Origin: Selaginella moellendorffii
Taxonomy: Eukaryota; Plantae; Lycopodiophyta
DNA: 64,000 nt
NCBI RefSeq assembly: GCF_000143415.4
Contig: NW_003314292.1
Span: forward strand, 252,590 to 316,589
Direction: 5' to 3'
Of this stretch, positions 45,530-58,678 are shown piece after piece (within the stretch, counting starts at the first letter, position 1; every line of letters begins with the position of its first letter). The translations under genes and the position numbers were made by a program. The notes below the pieces were generated by a model that was given only the letters and a program-made list of their open reading frames with translations, had not been told where the DNA came from and ran no database searches.

Positions 45530-46945
45530 CTAGTCGCAAAGAAGGCTTTGTTTGCTTTGATCGTTCTCACATTTTCCATTGGTCAAATGCTCGTCGATCG
45601 CCACCACTGGCTCAGGGATCTCGTCGCCCATTTCTTTGAGCGCTTTGAGCTTTCGATAGCCAATATCCGTGCCAAAAATCCTGCCAAAAAGAGATCGTAG
45701 ATCACACCACTCTCGAGAGAAAGAAAACGAAGATCTTAGAGCGCGTACCAATCCATGTAAGTAAATGTCGAGGAGTAGTTTCCGGACTTGGTGTAGAGAA
45801 GCCTGTGGTGGTAGTCGTGAAACTCCGCGCTGCGAGAGAGCTCACAGTAAGATCGCACAAAGAAAGGAAAATGGAGCTGCGTGATCTTACCCGCCATAGA
45901 GAGGAAGAAACTTGGAGGGGCTCCAGGGGAAATCATAGCCGCAGTGTGCTTCAATGGTCTCCAAAACGCGAAGGCTAATCCAGAGCCAGAGCGTGAAGAG
46001 ATGAGGGCCTGTTATAGCTGGTCCGAAAATCGTTGCAAAGCCCAGGAACAGGATCTCTGCGGGATGAGCGTACTCCGACGTGAGACCGAATGGAGTAGCA
46101 TATCTATCAAGAACAGGAAAAGAGATGGTAAGTCAAAAACCGGAGGAGCAAACTTACTCATGATGAACACAGTGGACATGCTTGTACAGCCACTTGGTGT
46201 GAAGAACTCGGTGGCCCCAGTAGAAGATAAAGTCCTCAAGGATGAAGTAGGAGAGGATCTGGAACACGACCGTCTTCCTGCAGCAACAGGAAGTCAATCC
46301 TTTTGTTTCATTTCTTTTTGACGCGAAGAAAAGTAAAAAAAAACACGAGAAACTTTGCTATCACATACCGGTTCTTACCATGAAGGCAAAGGCAGCTTGC
46401 TTGTAAAGCCCATGTACTTGAAAATTGGATACGAGGCTCCCATCAGCGGAAGATTCACGCAAGTGTGATAGAAGAGCAGCCTCACAAGGCATTTCACTTG
46501 CGCGGCGTAAGTGTTGACTTTGTTCTACAAGACAAAAATCTTTGTCAATGAAGAATCCTTCCTAGAGATGAATCCACGCTATAGAAAATGACGTCAGTTA
46601 AAACTTGTTCTATAGTTCTAAAGCATGTTTAAAAAGAAAAACTCTCGAGAGTAAACACAAAAGGAGGAATAGCGAACCTGGATCTTATACTTTCGCAGGC
46701 CAGCAATCTCCATGAAGAGATAGGGCAGGCCAAAGGAGAAGAAGACGAATTCGTGAAGAACAAAGCTCCCAATGGTGACAAGCTGGAGTTCGCTATAGTT
46801 GTCGATTAAGTACTGGAGCAACAACAAGAGAGATCTCGCATCAGATTTCGCGAACTCCAAGCGCCTACATTGGAATGGCATGCAATCCGGAAGGAAAAGA
46901 AGATACCTGCCAAGCGGATTCCAGCCAAGAAGACGGTGCCGCCAT
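45530..46945 (-). CDS. SMO2: Sterol 4-alpha-methyl oxidase, SMO2 type, multi-exon
   Basis: ESAWQYLI...YKIQ, YWGHRVLHTKWLYKHVH.VHHE, FHDYHHRLLYTKSGNYSSTF.YMDWIFGTD. Confidence 0.92.
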
Positions 46946-47209
46946 CGCTCTTTCCAGCGCTCGTCCGTCACACAGTGGTTTCCTCAAGAGAATTCCTCGC
47001 AGAGGCGCTCCATCGCGCACAGATCCAGGGAGAACGCGCAGAGATCTCTCGCAAACCCTAACAATCACGGCACACAAAGATCATCCATCCTTCGCTTTGT
47101 GTCCCGGATGCCACGTGGGCAGACAATTAAAAAATAGGCATCTTGGGGGAATCTCGCCCGTGAGCGCTGCCACGTGGCAAAACGAAAATCAGTGGCGGGA
47201 GAGAGCGCT
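46946..47209. promoter_or_regulatory. Divergent promoter with two G-boxes and a telo-box
   Basis: GCCACGTGG at about 47110 and 47169; aaacccta at about 47053. Confidence 0.5.
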
Positions 47210-49061
47210 ATGGCGAATGCGATGGCTATGGCGGCCCAGATTCCATCGCCTTCGTCTCCTTTCCTCCGTAGCGCTGGCGCTGGCGCTAGGGTTTCGTCTT
47301 TCTCCTCCGGGGGTGCCGCATCGCTGTCATGTCGATCGAGATCTTCTTTCACGCGGAGATCGATTCGTGTCAGTGTTAGCGGCGCCGCCGCCGATCGACC
47401 GGCGGAGGATGCCAGCGGCGCAGGGCAATCCGTGAATGAGGTACACATGATCGTCATCGTTGGCGCAGGGATTGCTGGATTGGCAGCGGCTTTGGCCTTC
47501 CAAAGGTACTTTAAATTCTTTCTGTCGTGCGTCTTTGTTTCTAGCGCCCCATGCGATGCCTCTCATACTTTTCCAGCTCTTTTGTGCCAGGCTTGGGCTG
47601 CAAACTCTTGTTCTCGAGAAAGCTAGCGATTTAAGAGCTGGTGGAGCAGCTTTAACGATTTGGAGGAACGCTTGGCGAGCTCTTGACGTACTCGGAGTTG
47701 GCGAAGAATTGCGTAACCAATACTATCTCCTTGCTGGGTAATGATCTTGGTTTCTTCTTCATTGGAGGAACTTGTTCTAGCTATCAGCTCACAGAAACCT
47801 TTTCGCTACTTTTTTCTTTCGTCGCAGTTCCCACGTCGTGTCTCTTCAAGGCAAAGTGATCCACCAGCTAAGCTTTGGGAATTGCTCGAGGGGCGGGTGA
47901 GTTTTCCTGACTTGTAAGTGTTGCTCGTGCCTGGCTTTGCGAATCTGTGCAGAGGTTGTCTCATCACTTTCAAATTTTTTCTGGCTTGCCAGGCTGAACG
48001 AGGTCCGAGCGATCGAAAGGAGTGCGCTGCTAGAAGCACTGGCAAAGCCGTTGCCTGCCGGAACCATTCGATTTAAGTCCAAAGTTGTCAATGTACGTAA
48101 AGGCACCAAGAAAACTTACAACGAAGTCGAGCTCGAGGATGGAACTATTATTGCCAGTAAGGTAAGGTGTCGATTCCATCCAATTTTTTCCAGTGGGATT
48201 CTTAGAAGTTAAAGTTGATCCAGGTTCTTGTAGGATGTGACGGCGTCAGGTCGGAAGTTGCAAAGTCCTTGGGTGTCAAGGAACCAAGTTTTGTAGGACA
48301 GTGTGCAATACGCGGCGTTGCCGACTATCCAGCGGGACACGATTACGGTTCAATGCTGCTACAGTTTCTGGGGCGAGGAAGTCGAGCAGGCGTCGTTCCA
48401 ATCTCTTCGACCAAAGTTTACTGGTTCGTGTGTTTCAAGTCTTCATCAGCAGGTACGTTGTAGTTTTGAGACACCGTTTCGTAAGTTCTGAGATTCTATT
48501 CTTCCAGTTGTGCGAAAGGTGGAGCCAGAAGTGTTGAAACAAGAAGCTCTCGAGCACCTCAAGAGCTGGTGCAAGAAAAACCTCGAGGAGTTCTCCAGCC
48601 TCATCGAAAACTCTCCCAATCACACGGTCACTCGGAGCGCCCTCCGGCACCGATGGTCGCTCCCGCTCGTAAGTCCCTCGCTGGCTGCTGACGGCATAAC
48701 TCTGGCAGGAGACGCGCTCCATCCCATCACTCCAAACCTGGGCCAAGGCGGCTGCCTCGCCTTGGAAGACGGTGTCATCCTCGCTCGAGAGCTCTACAAC
48801 GCAGTGTTTGCGAGGAAAAGCATGAACGCCGAGGACATGGACACCAACATCAAGTGTGCTCTGGATGCTTACGCCAAGCAGCGATGGTATCGCTTCTTCC
48901 CACTCACAGTTAAGTCGTTCTTCATTGGATTTCTTTCGATGCTCGAGCTCTGGCCTGTGATCTACGCTCGCGACTCATTTGGTGTCAAGGTTGCTCTACA
49001 GCCAGACAGGTTTCTAAAGCACACTCTATATGACTGTGGAGAGCTACCGATTCCAAGCTAA
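47210..49061 (+). CDS. FAD-dependent monooxygenase (MO2/CTF2-like), probably plastid-targeted
   Basis: Ser/Arg-rich transit peptide, IVGAGIAGL, VGCDG and LAGDALHPITPNLGQGGCLALEDG. Confidence 0.9.
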
Positions 49062-49929
49062 AATCAATAAACTATCGTCGCAAATGCTTAGTGACAATAG
49101 CTCGTGAACTCTTGTCGCAAATGCGTAGTGACAATAGCTGTGACAATAGATTAATGAAACTATTGTCGCAAATTTGGTACGAAAAGGATTTCCTTTTCCT
49201 GCCACTTGTCATTCTGACGTGGGAATCTCAACAAAAAAAGGAAGAGATTATGACATGGGGAGTGGGCGATTATGACAAGTGGTGGTGTTTGGGGCCGTTG
49301 GATTCGGGCCCGTCAGGTGAAGTGTGGTGCTGGCCCGTGAGCTGCCCGTCAAAATTCCCGTGTCTGAATTGAATGGAGATCGATACAACGAGGAGCGAGT
49401 GATCCGATGATCCATTGTGTCTGTGGTTGCGAGGTCGGCCATAGCGATGCCGGAATCGCGACGATCGCACGGAGAGCGAGCTCTAGACGAGCGATTTCTT
49501 GGATGCTAAGCTAATCGAGCTCCAAAATAGGGCAAAGGAGCTCCAGATCTTACTTAAAAGGAGTGCTGCGGCTATGGTGGAAGGATCGCGCAGCTAGGGT
49601 TTACGCGGCAGAGGTAGCGCCAAGCTTTCGGCTAGGGTCTGTTTTCTTGGTGATTCCCTGGCGTTGGAGGGGAAATGCGGCCATCTGGAACAGCCGATGC
49701 CTTCTTTCCAGCCGCGGCGATGGCTGGGATCCGCGTATCGGCTCCTGCATTGCGCTCTTCTTGATCGATCCGGGCAGTTTATTTAAGCTGCGCGATTCAT
49801 GTGTCTCCTGGACCGATTCTTCGCCACAGTGCTCTCCCGGCCGCGAATTCGTCGTCAGCTGGATCGGATTGAGTGGAAGAAGAGGTCGTCGGCGTCGTCA
49901 ATAGCGAGGAGGAGGATTGGGGCTTGGCA

Positions 49930-51923
49930 ATGCTCAAGGGGATTGCCGTGACATGCAGGGATCTGAATGGAAGGAGGAGCGCCGAATCTGGCCAGATGAG
50001 GCCGCCGGCTGATCATCACAAGGCTGGGAAGCTGAGGTTTCCGATGCTACCGAGATCACGTATCAATGTGTGGCTACTGCGAGCGAGCACTAGCATCCTG
50101 CTGTGGACGTGTATCATCCAGCTCACTGCTCTGGGCGAGCTATGGCGTCCTCGATTGCTTGGGGGGCGATCGTCTTGCAACGAGCAGAAGGAGAGCGTGT
50201 CACCCATTGTTCCAATCTATCCGCCACAGAGTGAGTGTTTCCTCTTCCTTGTTTCTTTTTTCTTTCTTGATCTTGCTTATAGTCTTGTGCTCTTTGTGCT
50301 TCCAGGAATATATAAAAACAATGGCTACCTGATGGTTTCTTGCAATGGAGGACTTAATCAAATGCGAGCTGCTGTAGGTGGAGATTGATTCTATGCGTTT
50401 TATTTTTCTCTATCGTTTTTGTTCTCATTGTGAGCTTATTCGTGTTCTTCTTGCTGATGTAGATCTGTGACATGGTCACGATTGCCAGGCGCTTGAACGT
50501 GACTTTGGTGGTTCCGGAGCTTGACAAAACGTCGTTTTGGGCCGATCCCAGGTGGCTATAGAATTCTAGTTCAAGTTGGCGCTGATTAAACAATTGCTTG
50601 TCTCTCTCTTGCAGCAATTTTGATGACATTTTTGACGTAGACAATTTCATCTTCTCGCTGAGGGATCAAGTCAAGATCGTAAAAAAGCTTCCGTCTAAAT
50701 TCGATCGTTTAGTAGAGAATAAGAGCATTTTCACGCTTGCGCCGATTAGCTGGTCAAATGAGACGTACTACGATAAGCAGGTCTCGATTTCCTTGCCTGT
50801 TTCGTTTGTTTTCTTGACTGATCACTTTTTTGTCCCTGGCGCAGATCCTTCCTTTAGTTCGTAAGCAAAAGGTTATTCGCTTGAACCGAACTGATGCTCG
50901 TCTAGCAAACAATGGGCTTCCCTCGGACATGCAATTGCTGAGATGCAGAGTCAATTATCACGCTCTTCGATTCACACCCAAAATCATGGCACTCGGGCAA
51001 AAGCTAGTCAAGATTCTACGATCAAAGGGACCTTTCCTGGTTCTCCACTTGAGATATGAGATGGATATGCTCGCATTTTCCGGTTGCACGCACGGATGCA
51101 CGAACTCTGAAGCGGAGGAACTTACTACAATGAGGTGATGCATTCTTATCTTGAAAGTTCATACGGCGCTCATATTATTCTGGTTCACAGGTATGCATTT
51201 CCGTGGTGGAAAGAAAAGGTCATAAACTCGGAGCAAAAACGAAAAGACGGGCTTTGTCCACTGACTCCGGAAGAGACCGCATTGGTTTTGCGAGCTCTGG
51301 GATACAGCAACAGCACGCAACTTTATATTGCTGCTGGGGAGATTTACGGCAGCCAACGGAGGATGCTGGCCTTACAAGCAGCCTTCCCAAACATTGTGAG
51401 TCCCTCGTTAAAGTATTGGTTCTCTGCTCACAGTGTGTGACTTGCGCTCCAGGTTCGCAAGGAGATGCTATTGACTCCGGCCGAGCTCAGGCCGTTTTAC
51501 AACCATTCCTCGCAAATGGCAGCGCTGGATTATCTCGTCTCACTGGAGAGCGATGTTTTCGTCCCTACGTACGATGGAAACATGGCCAAAGTTGCCGAAG
51601 GACACCGGAGGTAACTTCTTTTTCTCTGGAAACCTCTGAGGATTCACAGCCAAGGAGTTGGCTCGTTTTGCAGGTATCTTGGATTCCGCAAGACTGTGCA
51701 GCTGGATCGCAAAGTTATAATCGACCTGGTGGATCAGCTGAGAGATGGTGCCATCTCCTGGGATGAATTCTCCATCGCCATCAAACAAGCTCATAAGTTC
51801 CGGATGGGAATGCCGAAGAGACGACGAGTTTTTCCAGACAGACCGAAAGAAGAGGACTACTTTTACTCCAATCCTCACGAGTGTCTCTGCAAGCCTTCAT
51901 CGGATTTGAGCGCCACCGATTGA
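49930..51923 (+). CDS. O-fucosyltransferase-family (GT106) glycosyltransferase, RG-I rhamnosyltransferase-like
   Basis: [50 protein letters not shown] and [11 protein letters not shown]. Confidence 0.92.
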
Positions 51924-52003
51924 TAACAATTTTTTTCGCCTATGGTATATTCTTGTATAGTAGGAGTCGAATAAAAGGTGTTCTCAGATTTTCTTTAAAT
52001 GTT

Positions 52004-52879
52004 ATGGCGCCATTGCTCGTCGCGCTTGGCTATGGCGCCGGCAAGAATGGCTGCGTTCCGCCGCTGCCGCGCGAGAAATCCTCGCGGCGGAGGCCGCGGA
52101 TGGTGCTCACGGGGAGGCGCCAGCTTGTATTCTCGCCGATCGTGCTTCTTGGATTTGCCCCGCCGGTTCTTCTTGCGAGCGAGGGAGATCGGCAGCGGCA
52201 TTTCGCCGTTGACGAGATCGAGGTCAGTGTTCTTGCTTGGATTTCCTGGAAATCTTCCCTGAGATTGATGATTCTTTAGCAAATTATCCGCCAAGACATC
52301 GAGGACAGGCAGTATTACGTGACTGGTGATCTCACCAGGAGCATCTACAGCGACGATTGCCGGTAATCTCTTCGCAATTTCTTTTCTAGCCATTGCTCGC
52401 AATCATCCATGCTAAAACTTTTTTAGATTCATCGATCCAACTACGAATGTCCAAGGTGTGGATTCCTACGTTGCGGCAGTGAAATCGCTGTTCGATCCGA
52501 GCGACTCCAAGCACGAGCTCTTGGAAATCCGCGTGACAAGCCCGACCACAATCGAGGCGAAATGGAGGCTCCAAGGGTATGTATAGAACTTTAAAAGCTT
52601 TCTTATAATCATTTCCGGATACTTTACTGCTTGGATCGCTATCCAGGTCGCTCAAACTTCCTTGGAAACCCCACATTGCAGCTTACGAAGGTAAGAAATC
52701 TTTCCTAGATTTTTTCTTGGATTTGCTGCGTTTTTTTTTGTTTTTTTTTGTTTTGGTTCATTCTAGGAACAACCACATACACCCTCAACGATGATGGTTT
52801 CGTTGCATCGCACAAGGAAACATGGGACATCTCACTGCTGACGGCATTTATCGAGTTTCTGACGCCTTCTTTCCGTTGA
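52004..52879 (+). CDS. DUF2358/NTF2-SnoaL-like plastid protein, multi-exon
   Basis: Spliced YYVTGDLTRSIYSDDCRFIDPT, WRL.G, LKLPWKP, G.T.YTLNDDG..ASH.E.WD; TGA at 52877-52879. Confidence 0.75.
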
Positions 52880-52945
52880 TCATAAAAGGCGGTACCTAGG
52901 TACTATAAATTTTTGCCCTCAGGGTTAAGGCAACTATCCTCTTCG

Positions 52946-55900
52946 ATGGCGAGCGCAAAAGCAAGCGCTTCTTCTTCGTCTTCCACTGGAGCTCAGCCGA
53001 TGAGGAGGCCGGGTTATGGCCAACAGGGAACGCCTGTCCGCCTCACCTGTAACCATTTTGCCGTGACGCTCTCTCGAGGAATGGATGTAGCGCAATACAA
53101 CGTGAGTGTTCTTTCTTTTCCTCTCTCTCTCTCTCTCTGTGTCTCTCTCTGGCTGCTGACCCAGCATTTTGCAGGTGAAGATATCATATGCTGATGATCC
53201 TAACGACAAGGTTCTCGTCGAGAAAGGGGCGAACCGCCGAGTAATGGACAAGGTCCGGGCCGAGCTTGAAAAAAAACTCATTTTTGACGGAGAGAATACG
53301 GCGTACGTGCTCGGCGATCTCTCTTTCGGCGACAAGGAAATGGAAGTCACGCTCGACAAGGCAATGGGAGCATCTTCCTCGTCTGGGGGCCCCGCGAAAA
53401 AGAGAAGAGCGGATGCCAGCTCTTACAAGGTGAGGATCAAGTTCTCAACCAAAGTGGACTTGGGCATCCTTATGAGGAAGGAAGATCTTCATTTGTCTCG
53501 GGCGCAAGATGCATTGAGGGTCCTTGACGTTCTTGTTCGCGAACAAGCCGCCAGAAGGTATGAATAGCGTTTCTTCTCGTCAAAGACTATCTCTTGTTTG
53601 GCAGGGAGTACGTGTTACTGCGTGAGAGCTACTTTCATCAGTCCCTTGGTCCAGTAAAAGATGTTGGAGAAGGGGTGGAAAGCTGGAGTGGCTACCACGC
53701 TAGCTTCCGACCTTGTTCTCTGGGATTATCACTGAACTTGGGTAAGTTGCAAAAGAGTTCTTTTACAATTTCTTAATGCTTGTCAAAGCAGATCCGTCGA
53801 CAACAATCGTCATCAAGCCCCAGTTGGTGCACGAATTTCTTGCGGAGTATTTCGATACATCTCCAGGAAGCATTCGTGCCGATCACTTGACCCGGGTATG
53901 TCTGATGACATCGCTTTTCGTCAACTAGTTCTTGATATTTGTGCAGGCGAAGAGAGTGCTAAAGGGAATCGTGGTGCAAGTTTACACTAAGACGAGGCAC
54001 AAAATATTCGGTTTTAGCGATGAACCAGCATCCTCTCAAAGGTAATCACTGTCCTTAGCTTCTTGATTGGCGTTATGAAGTGCTCGACTTCACAGATTTG
54101 AATTGAAAGAGAAAGGAGCCGATGGCACGTTTAGACTGAATTCAACGACAGTTCTTCAGTACTATCAAGCTAGATACAACGAAACCTTGCAATTCCCCAA
54201 CTTGCACTGTGTCAACGTAGGGAAAGCCACGCGAGCAGTTTATGTACCGATGGAGGTAAACATGGTGTCCATCGATAAGTTTTTTTAAAAGAGATGTTGC
54301 AGTTCTGTTCGATTCTGCCTGGACAACGATATAAAAGAAAGCTGAGCGGGAATCAGATTCGCAGGCACCTTGACCAAGCACGACTGCTGCCGAGTGATCG
54401 TGCTAATGTGATCAACTCGGTTCGTTTTACCCAAAACAACCAGCGGAATCGAAACCTCACTTTTGGTGGTTACAGGGCATTACGCAACTACTGTCAAATT
54501 CAAGCGTGGAATTGCAGTCCCTCAACGTCAAGGTTGACAGCAAAATGATGTCAGTTCAAGGACGTGTTCTTCCGGCGCCACTGGTTACGACTTGTTTCGC
54601 GATGTCATCGTTCTCATGTATGCTTCTGCAGCTCAAGTTTGGACACCGGGACGTACCAGTCCAGGGTGGGAGGTGGAACTACAACCGCGATGTAAGCCAA
54701 CGTCGTGCCTGAGCATTATCGTAATTTTCCTGCTACAGACCGTCGCCCGAGCTGCCCTTCCTGTCAAGGAGTGGATTGTTGTTTGCTTTAACCGCAAAAA
54801 GAATCCTTTCAGCCATCAAGACGTTTCTCGGATTGCTAACCAGTTGAAGGAATGTTGCGTGCAGAAGGGCATGGTGAGTGAAGACTTTAGTCTGGTCACG
54901 AGGCTAAAGCACGGTTTTTCTGTGCAGGCTGTTGAGAATCCCGGTCTAGTGTTGGTAGAAGATCCAAGCTTTTCTGAGCATCCAGGTTGGGAAAGGGTGG
55001 ATATGATGGTTGCCAAGATGCGGAAGAATAATCCTAATCCCGGTCGTCGTCCGGGGTTCGTTCTCTGTCTTCTTCCGAGCAAGGAATCGGATGCCTACGG
55101 TACATTTATTTTGTTCACAGCATATCTTGTAACTCAAACTAGTGTTTGCTTTTGCTGTGCAGCGCCATTCAAACGACTCTTTTTGACGAAAGAAGGAATT
55201 CCGAACCAGTGCATAGCACCCCAGAGGAATCCAAACAATCAATACCTGACGAACGTCGTTTTGAAGATGAATGCAAAGGTGTGTCTCTGTTTCTTTGTTG
55301 CGGCATTTCGGCAAATTAACATCTTTTTTGTTGTTCAGTTAGGGGGCTACAACACGGTTTTAACTAGTGAATTTAAGAAAGAATTGCCAAAGCTTTCATA
55401 TGCACAAACCATGATCTTGGGAATGGACGTGTCGCATGGATCTCCATTTTCCCACACCCCGTCGGTCGCGGCTGTAAGTTGTGTCGGGATTTGCACCTGC
55501 GTCCTTACGTTTTTTTCGGTAAGCAGATGGTTGGCTCTTTTGACTGGCCAAGGATTACGAGGTACTCCGCTCGCGTGATGGCGCAATCGGCAAAACAGGA
55601 AGCGTTCGCCAACATTCCATCGATGCTGGAGTAATTCCTTTTTTCCTGATCATTGAGAATCTAATCTCTTTCTTTCGCAGGAGCCTCTTGAAGAACTTTA
55701 AGAACTTTCAGGGCGAGAAGGGTTGCTACCCTCAGCAATTGATTGTGTTCAGGTTCGGTCTCTTATCCCAAACCGTGTGCTAATTATTTGTATGACTTTA
55801 AATCAGAGATGGAGTGAGTGAATCCCAGTTTGAGAGCGTCCTCACCGGGGAACTGCAAGACATCATCAAGGTACTGTCATTTGCCTGATCCTAGCAACGC

Positions 55901-56634
55901 CGCTCCATGCCATTCTTTCCAGACTTGCGAAGGTCTCGGCATCAGGCCGAAGATAACTCTGGTCGTAGCACAGAAAAGGCACCATACCCGTTTCTTGCCG
56001 GTGGGGCAGCAGAAAAAGAATGTCGAACCTGGTACGTCAACAAACAAGTTTCTGTTCGTGACGCTCGGAAAAACTGCAATTGCAGGGACCGTTGTGGACC
56101 GCGACGTCGCACATCCTACGAATTTCGACTTCTTCCTGTGCAGTCACTTCGGCATGCTCGTAAGCACAGGAACCGTTTCACTGTTCTATAGTAACTGGAA
56201 AAGTTTGTTCCAGGGAACAAGCAGGCCGACGCACTACATCGTGCTCTACGACGAGATTGGTTTCAGGCCGGACGAGATCCAAATGACCATCAACAATCTG
56301 TGCTACACGTAAGTTCCTTGTCAGCAATTTGGAAACCTCGAAACTTACACGTGTGTTTTGCTCACGCAGCTACGTCAAGAGCACGACAGCAGTATCAGTG
56401 GGTAAGTAGTTTGTCCCAGTTTGCAAACCAGATTTCCTGATCTCGTTTTCCTCTGTCGCAGTTGCGCCGATCAACTACGCGCATCTGGCCGCGAAGAAAA
56501 TGAAGAACTTTATGTCGCTGGACGGCTCCGAAACGGGGTCACTTTCATCCGCCGCTACCAGAGAGTCAGCACCGCCGGTCCCGGTTTTGCCAGAGCTCCA
56601 GGGCAACGTCGCCAACACTATGTTCTTCGTCTAG
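52946..56634 (+). CDS. AGO4: Argonaute of the AGO4/6/9 clade, about 20 short introns
   Basis: RRPGYG..G..V.L..NHF, QCIAP..PNNQYLTNVVLKMNAKLGG, ILGMDVSHGSP, FRDGVSESQF, QKRHHTRF, GTSRPTHY, VAPINYAHLAA, MFFV-stop. Confidence 0.9.
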
Positions 56635-56837
56635 GAGAGAGGAATCGAAGAGCTCGCGCGCTGCGGTAGAGTTTCTCGTTTTTTTTACTAAAGCATTCCA
56701 CTGCGAGAGATTATAGCAGGCAAAGCTTGGAATTTTTCATTCCAAGAGATTTTTTGCGTGGAGAAGTCCACAGCAACATCGGGTTTTACATATTTATATA
56801 GAAGGGAAGGTGCGATGAAAAGAATGGCGGCTTTTCT

Positions 56838-58231
56838 TTACATGCTTTCGAGAACCTTGAGCGTCTCCATGGCGTGCTTCTCGGGCTGGAACTGGTTGTT
56901 GAAGACGAGCCGCACAACACCTTTTTTGTCGATCACGTAAGTTTGCCTTCCCGGCAGCGAGCCAAAGAAGTCGCCGGGGATTCCCCAGTCCTTTCTCAGC
57001 TTGTTTCCTTCGTCGGTGAGCAGCGTGAATGGAAGCCGGTATTTCTTCGCAAATGCCTGCGAATAGCGAAAGATCCAACGTTAGAACTCTGAAACTTTGG
57101 AGCACTAAAGCTAAATACTTCGATCGGCTGGCCAGAAACTATCAGAGAACTCATAAATACTCTCACCAAGATTGGAAACACAATCCAATCTCTAGGGAAC
57201 AAAATTCTTAGCAAATGATCTAACGGAACTCGCAAAACTGGAAGATCTCTGAAACATTTGAGCACAAAGCTGAAAGCGTCGATCGGCTGGCCAGAAACTA
57301 TTAGAGTGAACACTCGGGGAAACTCTCACGATGTATGGAAACACAAAACCAAGTATATCACAATCCAATCTGGTATAATCTGAAACTTTCAAAAGCAAAA
57401 AGCTTCGATCGGCTGGCCAGAAACTATCAGCAAAGTTGATCGAGAAACTCTCTCAAAACCCAATCCAATCTTGAAACTTTCGAGCACAAAAGCTAAGAGC
57501 TTATCAGTGACCACTTCGAAAAGCTCGTAAAAACTCTCACACAAAACCAATCCAGCAGTCCAAATTCTAAGATCTCTAAGACCTTGGAAGACGAAAGAAG
57601 CTGGGAATCAAGCAATGTACCTTGTGAGACTCTGGAGTATCGGCACTGATGCCAATCACTTCCGCTCCAGCCTTCCTGAATTTATCGTAAGAATCCCGAA
57701 ACGCGCAAGCCTGATCGATCAGAGATTAGACAAGGCAAGGATTTTATTTTATTTTTCCTACCTCTTTGGTGCATCCTGGCGACTCATCGGCCGGATAGAA
57801 GTACAAGACCACAGGCTTGTTCTTAAACTTGGATGAATTCACCACTCGCCCCTCCTGGTCCTTGAGATTGAACGAGGGGAGAACATCGCCCTGGCTCAGC
57901 TGCACGTAATCCCTTGCTCAGAGCCCTACACTATGAATCTTCTCAGGAATCCATCCATCCCAAGATTGGCACTCGAAATTTTTTTGAGAAAATCCTCGCA
58001 ATGCGGGCATCTTACCTTGCAGCTCGTGGAAAGAAGCGTCCTGGACGGCGATTTCGCGACTCCCAGGCCGCAAACCCTGCGAAACAAGCTGGATTCCGCG
58101 GCGATTGACGAGCTGGCGAGGCATGGAGGCCGGAGAATCGCTGCGCAGGAGGAGGATGCCGGGGATTTGCGAGGCGCAGCGGCGGCGAGCACTGCTCCTC
58201 CACAGAGCGGAGCCGCTGACGAAGAAGCCAT
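56838..58231 (-). CDS. PRXQ: Chloroplast peroxiredoxin Q
   Basis: Transit peptide, [33 protein letters not shown].G and NNQFQPEKH. Confidence 0.93.
57085..57560. repeat. Three to four degenerate tandem units (about 125-160 bp) inside the PrxQ last intron
   Basis: cgatcggctggccagaaacta at 57121, 57280 and 57406, with recurring caatccaatct. Confidence 0.85.
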
Positions 58232-58678
58232 GGTTTTGGGCTTCTTTGCTTTCAAAGCTCTCCCGGTTTATTGGCCGTTGGATTGCTCTCCAATTGGACG
58301 GTCATGATTTTATATAGCCTTGCGAGAATTGAACTAAAGATAAATAATGGAGATTTAAGTAATGTGAATCTCCGGAAGGGCCTAGAGATATCTCTTCCAG
58401 GTCTGGAACTACGTGGCACGTTTTGGAGGCTCGGAAGCCAGGCCTATCGCGAGAAAACGAACGCCCTGTGAGCTTCCACGTCGAGGCATCTGGGGCCGTC
58501 CATTCTCAAACACTCCAGCGCAACGTGGGAGTGGTGGTACTTTTACTTAAAGGAGAGTCACTCGCTCGCTGGCTGGAAATCCTTTTAGACACAGGGAAGA
58601 ACACCACCTACATTGGCGTGTGAGTTCTTCCCACTTTGTTGGAGCGCCAGGAGCGATCGCGAGCTTGAGTTGGGTTGA

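Noticed and set aside
5564-52879. Single biosynthetic gene cluster (cyclase, oxidase, reductase, lipase, monooxygenase, glycosyltransferase)
   Set aside because: No scaffold-forming enzyme, genes are interspersed with housekeeping genes, and predicted compartments differ
57085-57560. CRISPR-like repeat-spacer array
   Set aside because: Spacers are homologous and 100+ bp long, the array lies in a eukaryotic intron, and there are no cas genes
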